A DNA stretch of 64,000 bases from an uncultured Candidatus Saccharibacteria bacterium (lineage in GTDB: Bacteria; Patescibacteriota; UBA1384; JAMDBS01; DAOVQR01): contig CAYZSW010000001.1 of the NCBI GenBank assembly GCA_964481135.1, positions 7,963 to 71,962 of the forward strand, given 5' to 3'. Position numbers and translations under genes: made by a program. Shown here piece after piece: positions 10,430-19,447 of this stretch. The notes under the pieces were generated by a model. The model worked only from the letters and a program-made list of their open reading frames with translations, ran no database searches and was not told the origin of the DNA. How positions within the stretch are numbered: the stretch's first letter is position 1; every line of letters begins with the position of its first letter.

Positions 10430-10545
10430 AAATAATACAATTATTATATTCATATAAATGCACTTAATTGTTTTTATGTTTAATCGACATGTGATATAAT
10501 ATAAATGTTTTAAAAAAATAAACAAATTTCTAATTAGGGAGGGAT

Positions 10546-11058
10546 ATGACTGTTTTACCAACATGGGACCTTTTTATAACATTATTTTTTGTTATAGGTA
10601 TCGCTTACGGGCTAATACTTCAAAAAGATAAAACAATTTTAACAATTATATCAACTTATGCTGCTCTTATAGTAGTAAATGCAATTGCTCCAACAATTCA
10701 AAGCTATATGGTAGGCGAACAAAATATCATGGGGCAAGTATTTATAAAAAGTAATACTAATCTATTTACCATTAAGTCAGTAATATTTATCCTAATAATT
10801 GCACTAGTTTCCACAAAAAGTGGACTTTCTGGTAAAGACACTGGCGGCGTACTCTCTCCAATAGAGCTTTTTGCTTATAGTTTTTTTAGTACAATGCTAG
10901 TAATTGCCTCTATCTTCAGTTTTATGACTGTTGAAACGCGTACTGGTTTTGCTGCAAGTTCGAAAATTGCTTCGCTTATTATGCAGTACGAAGTCTGGTG
11001 GGTTGTACTACCCGTAGTCTTGCTGATAATCACAGGATTTATGCATAAAAGTGAATAA
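10546..11058 (+). CDS. Integral membrane protein (CvpA-like topology)
   Basis: About 5 TM segments; WDLF..GIAYG N-terminus; GGAGG SD. Confidence 0.6.
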   Translation: MTVLPTWDLFITLFFVIGIAYGLILQKDKTILTIISTYAALIVVNAIAPTIQSYMVGEQNIMGQVFIKSNTNLFTIKSVIFILIIALVSTKSGLSGKDTGGVLSPIELFAYSFFSTMLVIASIFSFMTVETRTGFAASSKIASLIMQYEVWWVVLPVVLLIITGFMHKSE

Positions 11059-11080
11059 TTAATTTTTAAATTAATAAAAT

Positions 11081-11109
11081 AAAAAACTTGAGATAATCTC
11101 AAGTTTTTT
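11081..11109. terminator. Bidirectional intrinsic terminator
   Basis: aaaaaacttgaga taa tctcaagtttttt between convergent genes. Confidence 0.8.
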
Positions 11110-11130
11110 ATATAAATAAGTAATAATATT

Positions 11131-11892
11131 TTATCTTAATTGATTAAATTCTGCTTGGATATCAGATTCTAATTTATTGAATGTTTCTAATTCTTGCTGA
11201 GAAATAATTTTTTCTTGCAAAGAATCCATCTCTTTTTGAAATGTATCGTTTGCTTTATTGATTTTATCTTCAAATTCTTTTTCTTTAATTACATCTGATT
11301 TTTTAACATCAATGGCAGTAATAACTGAATTTAAAAATTCAATATAAAAAGTTGACATATCTATTAATGCTTGTTTTGATTTAGTAAACATAGCATCCAT
11401 ATCTTTTTCTTTTAAATCATCTAAAATTTTTTGTTGTTCATTTTTTGCATTTTCAAATTTAACTTTTGTTGCAGATAAATCTTTAGAAAAATCAGTTGGC
11501 AAAGATTTAGTTGAATCCTCTAAACTTTTTGCGATTTTTTCAGTTATATCAATAAATTCAAATAAATTATTAATTTTAATAATTAACTCACCAATTTTAG
11601 CGTAATAATCAAGTAAATTCTGATTTAAATTCTGTGCTTTTTGTGGAGCTTTTAGAGATTCTAATTCTAGTTTTGCATTTTTCGCTTTAGTTGATAGATC
11701 TGATCCATTTTGAATTTTTTGAGAAGCAGAGACAGCCTCATTATTTAAAATATTGCCATAACTATCTGCCAAACTATAAACCTCGTTAAATTTTGGTTCA
11801 GTCTTTTGCACATAATTTTTAGCTGTCATTGAAAAACAACCACTTAAAAACACAATTAGCAAAAAAGCAATAGATAATTTTATTTTATGCAT
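11131..11892 (-). CDS. Putative helical lipoprotein
   Basis: Lipobox LSGC after a hydrophobic stretch; coiled-coil-like body. Confidence 0.7.
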   Translation of the reverse strand: MHKIKLSIAFLLIVFLSGCFSMTAKNYVQKTEPKFNEVYSLADSYGNILNNEAVSASQKIQNGSDLSTKAKNAKLELESLKAPQKAQNLNQNLLDYYAKIGELIIKINNLFEFIDITEKIAKSLEDSTKSLPTDFSKDLSATKVKFENAKNEQQKILDDLKEKDMDAMFTKSKQALIDMSTFYIEFLNSVITAIDVKKSDVIKEKEFEDKINKANDTFQKEMDSLQEKIISQQELETFNKLESDIQAEFNQLR

Positions 11893-12046
11893 TTTATCTT
11901 CTCCTTTATTTTTTATTTAAATACTAATTAAGTTTAATGCAAATAGAATTAAAACAGTTAAAATTACTATTAATAAACTAACAACAAATATTATTATTTG
12001 GGTAAAATCGCTTGGTGGTTTATTAATATTTTTTTTCATAGATATT

Positions 12047-12577
12047 TTACTTTTTAATTTGAAAACTAAACATTGTAAGTGAAATTCCAAATATTAAAGC
12101 ATAAACGCCAATCACCCAAACAATAAATTCTAAACTAATAATTGGGAAAAATAAAATTGTTATACCAACAATTAAAGATATCGCTCCGACAGTACTTAAA
12201 AGCCATTTGCCGATAACCTCTCCTTTTGTGGAAAAACCAACTATTAATTCCATAATTCCTGCAATAACTGCCCATATTGCAACAAAATAAATTAGTGTTA
12301 ATACTGTAATAGCTGGCCAAACAAAAATTAATACTCCAATTATAATCCCTAAAATACCATTTAATAAGTAAATCCACCACTTTTCATGATGATCCTTTGC
12401 TGAAAAAGATCCGATGATCATAATGATACCACTTAAAGAAGCATAGATTGCAAACAATACTACAATTGTTTTAATAGTAAGTCCTGTCCAAAAAAGTGCT
12501 ATTAATCCAAATAAAATCGCTAAAATTCCCCTAAATAAAATTACTCCAGAATACTTTGACAAATAATTTTTATTCAT
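12047..12577 (-). CDS. HdeD/DUF308 family membrane protein
   Basis: RGILAILFGLIALFW, repeated G..I..G TM pattern, WAVIAGIMEL. Confidence 0.85.
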   Translation of the reverse strand: MNKNYLSKYSGVILFRGILAILFGLIALFWTGLTIKTIVVLFAIYASLSGIIMIIGSFSAKDHHEKWWIYLLNGILGIIIGVLIFVWPAITVLTLIYFVAIWAVIAGIMELIVGFSTKGEVIGKWLLSTVGAISLIVGITILFFPIISLEFIVWVIGVYALIFGISLTMFSFQIKK

Positions 12578-12715
12578 ATTAATCCTTTCATAATTTTAAT
12601 TATAACAAAAATTATAAAAGTTGTATAATTATTGACCAAAAAAAATATATCTGTTATAATCATTTTTGACCTCATCAAATTGTAAAAAGAAAATTATTAA
12701 TCATGCACTCAGGAA

Positions 12716-12790
12716 GGGCCTGTAGCTCAGTGGTAGAGCAGGAGCCTTTTAAGCTCTGTGTCATGGGTTCAATCCCCATCAGGCCCTCCA
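12716..12790 (+). tRNA. tRNA-Lys (anticodon UUU)
   Basis: Acceptor stem GGGCCTG/CAGGCCC, D arm GCTC-AGTGGTA-GAGC, anticodon arm GGAGC-CTTTTAA-GCTCT, T loop GGTTCAATCC, encoded CCA. Confidence 0.95.
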
Positions 12791-12841
12791 GATACAAGCC
12801 CTTCCTGAGTGCATATATAAATAAATTAAGCCTTTTAAAGT

Positions 12842-13070
12842 CCGGCGGGGATAACTGTGCCAATCTGTATCATAGTTTCGACCTCGTGCCGTATACCACG
12901 ATTCTGTAATAACAGGATGTAATCCGTTTTACAGAAAGCTGTGCCCAGTATACGACGATTCTGTCATATTAGAACATAATTCAATTGACAGAAAGGAGTT
13001 TTACCGGGGAGTTATGCTGGTATTCCCATATGACCCTCCAAAAAATCACCAGAAATTTGGTGATTTTTTT
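12842..13070 (+). ncRNA. Candidate structured ncRNA with two tandem covarying hairpin units and a terminator
   Basis: Units 12886-12938 and 12941-12995 share GTGCC..GTATAC.ACGATTCTGT..ACAGAAAG with compensatory stem changes. Terminator aaaaatcacca gaaat ttggtgattttttt at 13041-13070. Strand is inferred. Confidence 0.55.
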
Positions 13071-13114
13071 ATTGTATATATTGCCATATAAAAAATATAA
13101 TTAACATTTTGTCT

Positions 13115-13360
13115 AGTATTCTTCAACAGCTTTTCAAGCTCTTTCATATGCGATTTCAAAATCTACTTGCACTTTTTTAACTTCTTCTTTTGAGATTTTA
13201 TTTCTTTCATTCCATTGATTACCTTTTACTAACCTCCGGGGTTAGTAAAAGGTTTGAACCTGCAAATCTTTTGCAAACCCCGGAGGTTAGTAAAATCAGG
13301 TGATAATTTTAGTATTAGCAAATTTTTGAAGTAACTCATAGCATATTAGGTTTTTGCAAA
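13115..13360 (-). pseudogene. Possible gene remnant interrupted by a REP-like element
   Basis: Coding-like fragments KNLICYELLQKFANTKIIT and KGNQWNERNKISKEEVKKVQVDFEIAYERA flank the palindrome; no intact ORF. Confidence 0.3.
13221..13301. repeat. REP/REPIN-like paired palindrome
   Basis: accttttactaacc-tccgg-ggttagtaaaaggt hairpin; ttttactaacctccggggtt (13224-13243) is the exact reverse complement of 13276-13295. Confidence 0.8.
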
Positions 13361-13473
13361 AAAATATAATTACAAAAAAAATAAAAGACAGAATTTACTG
13401 TCTCTTTTTTTATAACCTATTTTAAAAAGTAATGTATAATATACTTAATAATAAAAATCAAAGGAGGTAAATT

Positions 13474-13788
13474 ATGGATAAGTGTTTTTGCAAAACATGG
13501 TGGGGAATTTTGTTAATGATAATAATTACAGGATTATTGATTTATTTTTTTATGAACATATCAAAAAATAAAAATAGTGATGATAATATTGATGCAAATG
13601 TATTACCGCCTAAATATTTGTCTCAAATGGAAAAATGCGAAATTTTTGGCGGAACAATTGAAAAACAAGATGAAAGCGTGGACTCGTGGCAACAACTAAA
13701 TAAGTGGCGATGTGTTTGCCAAGAAGAAAAAATATTCGATACACAAAGCCAATTGATGTGTAACAAGTGGTACGAACCAGAAATATAA
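13474..13788 (+). CDS. Small membrane-anchored Cys-containing protein
   Basis: AAGGAGG SD; N-terminal TM; C..GG...CxC...C pattern. Confidence 0.7.
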   Translation: MDKCFCKTWWGILLMIIITGLLIYFFMNISKNKNSDDNIDANVLPPKYLSQMEKCEIFGGTIEKQDESVDSWQQLNKWRCVCQEEKIFDTQSQLMCNKWYEPEI

Positions 13789-13811
13789 TATCAAAAAATT
13801 ATCAAAATATT

Positions 13812-15086
13812 TTAGGTACCTTGTTGCCAAGAATTAAGATATTTAATTTGTTCTTGAGTTAGTTTATCTATTTTTATATCCAAAGCTTTAAGTTGAAGTT
13901 TAGAGATTTTTTCATCAAACTCATCCGGTAAAAGATAAACTTTATTTTCTAATTTATTTTGATTATCAACCAAATATTTACAAGCAAAAAATTGATTACA
14001 AAAACTCATTGCCATAATAGTTGAAGGGTGGCCTTCCGCAGCTGCTAAATTACATAATCTGCCCTGTGCAACTAAATATAAACTTTTTTTACCTGTAGTG
14101 TATTTGTCTAAATAAGGACGAATAAATTCTTTTCTATTAGAAATTTTTTCTAAACCATTAACATTAATTTCCACATCAAAATGTCCAGAATTTGCTAAAA
14201 TTGCTCCATCTTTCATAATTTTCATATGAGGAGCGTCAATAACATGAATATTACCAGTCAGTGTAATAAATATATCCCCTATTTTTGCTGCTTGGTTTAA
14301 AGGCATAACTCTATAACCTTCCATTATCGCTTGTAAAGCACAAAAAGGATCAACTTCAGTAACAATTACATTGGCTCCGAGTCCACTGGCTCTGCGGGCA
14401 ACACCTTTGCCGCAATTTCCAAATCCAATAATTACAACTACTTTACCAGCAAATAAAGTATTTGTTGCGCGCAAGATACCGTCAATAGTAGATTGACCAG
14501 TTCCAATATAATTATCCATTAAATGTTTAGTTTTAGAATCATTTACAGCAATAACTGGGTATTGCAGAGCTTTTTCTTTTTCCATTGATTTAAGTCGAAT
14601 AATACCTGTTGTAGTTTCTTCTGCGCCTCCAATTATATACTTAAGCAATTCTCTGTGTCGTGTATGAATTTCAAACACCAGATCACAGCCATCATCAATT
14701 GTAATTAATTTCATCTTTTTTTGTGCCATATCTTTCATAAAATTAATTACAGATTTAATATTTTGATAATATTCTTTTTTACTTTCACCTTTATGCGCAA
14801 AAACTGCAACACCTTCTTTGGCTAAAGCAGCAGCTACATCATCTTGAGATGAAAGCGGATTACAGCTAGCAATTGCAACTTGAGCCCCTGCATGTTTTAA
14901 AGTTCTTACTAAAACTGCGGTTTCTTTTGTAACATGTAATGCCATACCAATCGCAATGTTTTTTAGTGGTTTGGTTTTTTTAAATTCTTGTTGAACTTCA
15001 ATTAAAGCACCCATTTGATTTTCTGCCCAAGTAATATTTTTTTGTCCTTGCGGGGCAAGTTTAATGTCTTTTACAGAATATTTCAT
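13812..15086 (-). CDS. ahcY: Adenosylhomocysteinase
   Basis: LHVTKETAVL, CNPLSSQDDVAAAL, DDGCDL, EETTTG, VNDSKTKHLMDN, GHFDVEI, GRLCNL..AEGHPS. Confidence 0.97.
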   Translation of the reverse strand: MKYSVKDIKLAPQGQKNITWAENQMGALIEVQQEFKKTKPLKNIAIGMALHVTKETAVLVRTLKHAGAQVAIASCNPLSSQDDVAAALAKEGVAVFAHKGESKKEYYQNIKSVINFMKDMAQKKMKLITIDDGCDLVFEIHTRHRELLKYIIGGAEETTTGIIRLKSMEKEKALQYPVIAVNDSKTKHLMDNYIGTGQSTIDGILRATNTLFAGKVVVIIGFGNCGKGVARRASGLGANVIVTEVDPFCALQAIMEGYRVMPLNQAAKIGDIFITLTGNIHVIDAPHMKIMKDGAILANSGHFDVEINVNGLEKISNRKEFIRPYLDKYTTGKKSLYLVAQGRLCNLAAAEGHPSTIMAMSFCNQFFACKYLVDNQNKLENKVYLLPDEFDEKISKLQLKALDIKIDKLTQEQIKYLNSWQQGT

Positions 15087-15995
15087 TTAAAACTCCCTTA
15101 TTTTATTAAATATATTATATCTTTCTTGAATATCTTTAAAGCTAATATTTGTTAATTTATTAATAGAAAAATCTTCTGTACAAAAAGAAGCAATCGAAGA
15201 TCCATAAATAATTGCTCTTCTAATGTTTGATTCTGACGCATCGGAAGTTTTTGCTAAATAACCAATAAGAGAACCTGCAAAAGAATCACCTGCTCCAGTA
15301 GGATCAACCAAATCTTCTAAAGGATAAGCTGGTGCAGAAAAAAAACCGCGGTGAGAAAAAAGTAAAGACCCATGTTCTCCTTTTTTTATAATTACAAATT
15401 CTGGACCCATTTGTAAAGCTAAATGACCAGCTTTAATTAGATTTGGTGTTTTGTAAAGTTGTCTGGCCTCTTGCTCATTTAAAAGTAAAATATTACTTTT
15501 ATTAATAACCTTTACAAGCGAAGTATATTTTTTATCAATCCAATAGTTCATCGTGTCAATTAAAACAACTTTAGGTAAGGTGAATTGTTTTAATACTTTT
15601 AATTGCAAATCTGGATCGTTGTTGGCTAAAAATACATATTCTGAGTTTTTATGTTGCTCTGAAATATTTGGATTAAATGCTTCTAAACAATTTAAACAAG
15701 TTTTAATGGTCTGTGCCTCGTTCATATCATATTTATACTCACCCTGCCAACGAAAAGTTTTACCATTTTTTGTTAAATTGGAAATATCAATATTTTTTTT
15801 CTTAAGTGTTTGAAAATATTTTTCAGGAAAATCTTCACCAACCGCACTAACTAAAGCAATTGAAAAATTACTTGCAAAATATGATGCGCAAATTGATGCA
15901 TAAATAGCACTTCCGCCTAAAACATTTTTTTGTCTACCAAAAGGTGTTTTAATATCATCAATACCAATTGATCCAAAAATTACTAACTTTTTCAT
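15087..15995 (-). CDS. PfkB family sugar/nucleoside kinase (probably adenosine kinase-like)
   Basis: GGSAIY, IDTMNYWI, IKKGEHG, DPTGAGDSFAG; directly upstream of ahcY. Confidence 0.88.
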   Translation of the reverse strand: MKKLVIFGSIGIDDIKTPFGRQKNVLGGSAIYASICASYFASNFSIALVSAVGEDFPEKYFQTLKKKNIDISNLTKNGKTFRWQGEYKYDMNEAQTIKTCLNCLEAFNPNISEQHKNSEYVFLANNDPDLQLKVLKQFTLPKVVLIDTMNYWIDKKYTSLVKVINKSNILLLNEQEARQLYKTPNLIKAGHLALQMGPEFVIIKKGEHGSLLFSHRGFFSAPAYPLEDLVDPTGAGDSFAGSLIGYLAKTSDASESNIRRAIIYGSSIASFCTEDFSINKLTNISFKDIQERYNIFNKIREF

Positions 15996-16065
15996 AATAA
16001 TGATTAATACCTAATATTATCTGTTTTATTATAGCACTACTCTGTATTTTTCCAAACTTTTAATG

Positions 16066-16206
16066 AACTTCCCTGTGGCTTAAAGACCACAGGGTTTTCC
16101 CCGGCCTCGCTCCGCGAAGCGGGGCGGGCTGGCGAAGGGTGATAAACTACCTCACGGCAAGCTTCGCGGAATTCATCCACTTGTCCGCCTTGAGCAAATT
16201 AAATTT
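16066..16206. mobile_element. Non-coding MITE/REP-like composite of GC-rich palindromes
   Basis: ccctgtgg-cttaaaga-ccacaggg, cctcgct-ccgcga-agcgggg, then a segment homologous to 6550-6688. Confidence 0.6.
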
Positions 16207-16294
16207 TTAAAAGTTACTCTTTACAAATCACAAAAAAAACAGATAATATAAATAACATCTAATTGTATTTTAAAAATTAAAAGGAGGAAGTGTT

Positions 16295-17374
16295 ATGAAA
16301 AAGCTAGAACCGCTTTATATTGGAGATTTGGAGATAAAAACACCTATCATCCAAGGAGCAATGGGAGTGCAAATCTCAACTGCGCCACTTGCGGGTGCAG
16401 TCGCTGATTGTGGCGGAGCAGGCACTATTGCCAGTGTGGGTTTGGGGTATGGAACTAAAGAAAATGAAATGAATTTTGTTCAAGCTTCAAGAGATGGATT
16501 GATAAATCAATATCATAATGTAAGATTGATCACAAAAGGAATCGTTGGTGTTAATATAATGGTTGCTTTAAGTAATTATCGCGACTTAATACAAACTGCA
16601 GATTCTTTAGGATTTGATTTTATTGTTTCAGGAGCAGGATTACCTCTAGATTTACCAAGTATTGCTAAAAATACAAAAACATTAATACCCATAGTTTCTT
16701 CTGCACGAGCTGCGAAAATAATAATCCAAAAATGGATGAAACAAAATCATCCACCTGATGCGATAATCGTAGAAGGTCCCCTGGCAGGCGGACATCTGGG
16801 TTTCAAATCTGAATTTCTCAGGACCGATCTTAACGATGTTCTGGAGGAAATTGTCGGTGAGATCATAAAAGTTGCTCATCAGGCAGAGGAAGAAAACGGA
16901 ATTCATCTTCCGGTTATCGCTGCAGGCGGAGTTTTTGACGGCAAAGACATAGCCCGTTTTATAAAAATGGGAGCCAGCGGGGTACAGATTGCTACCCGGT
17001 TTGTTGCTACACGCGAATGCTCAGTGGCTGATGAGTTCAAACAGATATACCTTTCCGCATCCAACAGTGATGTTTTAATTATCGACAGCCCTGTGGGCAT
17101 GCCGGGAAGAGCTATCAGAACATCTTTCATCGATAAAGTTACAGGCGGTGAAAGAATTCCCTTCAAATGTAATTACAGATGCCTGAAAACCTGCAACCCT
17201 CATACAGCTCCATATTGCATTGCAAAGGCGCTTTTCGCTGCTGTTCGTGGCGACATGAACAATGCAGTGGTCTTTGCAGGAAGCAATGTCTCAAGGATAG
17301 ATAAAATTGTATCTGTAAAAGAGCTGATGAATGAACTCATTCAGGAAGCTAACAAAGAGTTATCAGCTGGTTAA
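16295..17374 (+). CDS. Nitronate monooxygenase / FabK-like flavoprotein
   Basis: PIIQGAMGV, VSGAGLP, IPIVSS, VEGPLAGGHLG, VIAAGG, GVQIATRF, C-terminal CxxxCxxxC. Confidence 0.9.
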   Translation: MKKLEPLYIGDLEIKTPIIQGAMGVQISTAPLAGAVADCGGAGTIASVGLGYGTKENEMNFVQASRDGLINQYHNVRLITKGIVGVNIMVALSNYRDLIQTADSLGFDFIVSGAGLPLDLPSIAKNTKTLIPIVSSARAAKIIIQKWMKQNHPPDAIIVEGPLAGGHLGFKSEFLRTDLNDVLEEIVGEIIKVAHQAEEENGIHLPVIAAGGVFDGKDIARFIKMGASGVQIATRFVATRECSVADEFKQIYLSASNSDVLIIDSPVGMPGRAIRTSFIDKVTGGERIPFKCNYRCLKTCNPHTAPYCIAKALFAAVRGDMNNAVVFAGSNVSRIDKIVSVKELMNELIQEANKELSAG

Positions 17375-17380
17375 AAATCC

Positions 17381-17412
17381 AAACCACTTAAATAAAAATT
17401 AAGTGGTTTTTT
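17381..17412 (+). terminator. Intrinsic terminator
   Basis: aaaccacttaa ... ttaagtggttttttt. Confidence 0.75.
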
Positions 17413-17457
17413 ATTTTTGCACTAAACAAACCTATTAAATTGTAGTAATATATAAGC

Positions 17458-18000
17458 ATGTCGAAAAAAATTTCTGATCAGGAATTAGCTGAAAAATGTT
17501 TGAAAAATTCTGAGTATTTTAATCAATTAGTAGATAGATATGCAGACAAGATTCGTAGATATATTGCTAGAATTACAGGAAACTGGACGGAATCAGAAGA
17601 TATCACCCAAGATGTTTTTTTCAAAGCATATAAAAACATTGCCTCGTTTAATCCCCAAATGAGTTTTTCAGCATGGCTGTATAGAATCGCCCATAATGAA
17701 TCTGTTAATTTTATAAAAAAACATTATAGATTTAAAAATGTAGAATTCAATGATGAAATTAAAAATAAATTAACAGAAGACAACGAGGCACTTAAAAAAA
17801 TATTTTCTCTTGAAAATGTTGAAACAGTACAAAACGGACTGAAAAAATTAAATCAAAAGGATAGAGAAATATTGGAATTAGTTTTCTTTGAAGAAAAATC
17901 TTATATTGAAATTGCAGATATTTTACAAATGCATATTAATTCAGTTGGGCCAACAATAAAAAGAGCAAAAAATAAATTAAAAACAATAATTAAACAATAA
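17458..18000 (+). CDS. ECF-type RNA polymerase sigma factor
   Basis: SDQEL, EDITQDVFFKAY, FSAWLYRIAHN (region 2); SYIEIADIL..SV..TIKRAK (region 4). Confidence 0.93.
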   Translation: MSKKISDQELAEKCLKNSEYFNQLVDRYADKIRRYIARITGNWTESEDITQDVFFKAYKNIASFNPQMSFSAWLYRIAHNESVNFIKKHYRFKNVEFNDEIKNKLTEDNEALKKIFSLENVETVQNGLKKLNQKDREILELVFFEEKSYIEIADILQMHINSVGPTIKRAKNKLKTIIKQ

Positions 18001-18010
18001 TTTTAATAAA

Positions 18011-18736
18011 ATGAAAAATTTAAAAGATAAAATTAAAGAAAAAATTAAAAAAGAAAAGCCAAATCCAAAATGGCAATATACCACTAATGAAATTTTAAAA
18101 AATTTAATTTTAATAATACTCTGGATATCAATTGTCATAGGCATTGGAGCATTTACTTACATATTAATCCATTACAACCCGTGGACTAAAGTTCCATACG
18201 CTTTCAAATATTTTTGGAATAATTTGTTCGGATTGCCGTGGGAATTTATGATAATTCTAGGTATTTTAATAATTATTTCCTACTATTTAGTTAAAAAAAT
18301 TCATTTTATATATCGATTAAACAGATGGTTAATTGTAGGAATTATTCTTTTATCATTAATACTCGGTTACTTTATCGCAGAAAAAATTGGAATAAATCAA
18401 AAAATTGCCAATATTGAGCTAATCAGAAAAATATATCAAAGTCAAGGCAAATTAATTCAAACAAAGAGAACTGCAATTGTAATCGGATTAATTACGGAAA
18501 TTGATAAAGAGAAATTAACCATCAAAGACACCGCTGGATACAATTGGAGCGTAGTAATTGATAAAAACACAATTTTTCCACAAGGTAGTAAATTTTTCCT
18601 AGGAGAAATAGTTAAAATTCAAGGAATAACCAACAAAAATTCAATAAATGCAATTATTATGCAACCACTCAATATTAAGTTAAGAGGTTATCGCAAGATA
18701 AATTATAACCCAAACTGTAATGATTTAAAATTATAA
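18011..18736 (+). CDS. Membrane protein, probable anti-sigma factor with C-terminal OB-like domain
   Basis: Immediately downstream of the ECF sigma; 3 TM helices plus a beta-rich C-terminus. Confidence 0.55.
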   Translation: MKNLKDKIKEKIKKEKPNPKWQYTTNEILKNLILIILWISIVIGIGAFTYILIHYNPWTKVPYAFKYFWNNLFGLPWEFMIILGILIIISYYLVKKIHFIYRLNRWLIVGIILLSLILGYFIAEKIGINQKIANIELIRKIYQSQGKLIQTKRTAIVIGLITEIDKEKLTIKDTAGYNWSVVIDKNTIFPQGSKFFLGEIVKIQGITNKNSINAIIMQPLNIKLRGYRKINYNPNCNDLKL

Positions 18737-18823
18737 TGTACGAAAATTTTTATAATGTTGTAGTATTTTATGCAAGTCTGGGCAACAATGTTTAAAAATT
18801 AATAAAAAAACAAAAGGATTTTT

Positions 18824-19225
18824 ATGTCTAAAACAAGTACAATTATTACAGGAGCAGTTATTGCTGTAGTATTGACCGCTGGCGTATCTGCGTATGTAAA
18901 AGCAGAAAACAATAATACACTCGCAAATCGTCAAGAAATAATACAAGAAGCTGTAGATGAAGGAATTATTGATCAAAAGTCAGCTAATAAATTATCAGAA
19001 TACACTCGGGCAAAAAGAAACCAAATGACGAAAGAAAGAATACAAGAAAAAATTAATAACGCATTAGAAAACGGAACAATTACACAAGAAGAAGCACAGC
19101 AAATTATTGATTGGCATAATTCAAAACCAGAAGCTATGAAAAAAATTGGTGGTAGAAAAATGAATAGAGAAAATAGAATGAACAATCATACAACCTGCCC
19201 GTACGAGGAAACAGAACAAAACTAA
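18824..19225 (+). CDS. Secreted helical protein
   Basis: Signal peptide ending VKA; two repeats AVDEGIIDQKSA and ALENGTITQEEA. Confidence 0.7.
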   Translation: MSKTSTIITGAVIAVVLTAGVSAYVKAENNNTLANRQEIIQEAVDEGIIDQKSANKLSEYTRAKRNQMTKERIQEKINNALENGTITQEEAQQIIDWHNSKPEAMKKIGGRKMNRENRMNNHTTCPYEETEQN

Positions 19226-19309
19226 TATACAAAATTTACATGTACTAAAATAAAAAATACGATGTAACACTATATGAAGATAAAGATTGAAAAATTAATT
19301 AACTTACAA

Positions 19310-19343
19310 AAAAACAGCCATTTCCCTCCAATGGCTGTTTTTT
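19310..19343 (+). terminator. Intrinsic terminator
   Basis: aaaaaacagccatt ... aatggctgtttttt. Confidence 0.75.
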
Positions 19344-19447
19344 AATTGATCTATCTTAAACTATTTAAAGTTATCCACTAGCGTTATTAATTATTTGTAT
19401 GATATAATACTAATTGAGGTGAATATTAATTAATAAGTAAGTTAATT

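Noticed and set aside
11087-11103. CTTGAG-N5-CTCAAG as an HspR HAIR operator
   Set aside because: Wrong spacing, and it lies between convergent genes with A/T tails, so a terminator is more likely.
12675-12909. ORFs 12675-12863 (-) and 12703-12909 (+)
   Set aside because: They overlap the tRNA and the candidate ncRNA and appear spurious.
12886-12995. Tandem repeat units as a mini CRISPR array
   Set aside because: Only two imperfect units; the variable part is itself base-paired; no cas genes in the window.
12836-13040. RNase P RNA (AAAGTCCGG, GTGCC, ACAGAA fragments)
   Set aside because: Lacks GAGGAAAGUCC and the 3' P4 strand, and is too short.
19371-19379. DnaA-box-like TTATCCACT (similar sites at 42768 and 46622)
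   Set aside because: Isolated and unclustered, with no dnaA nearby.
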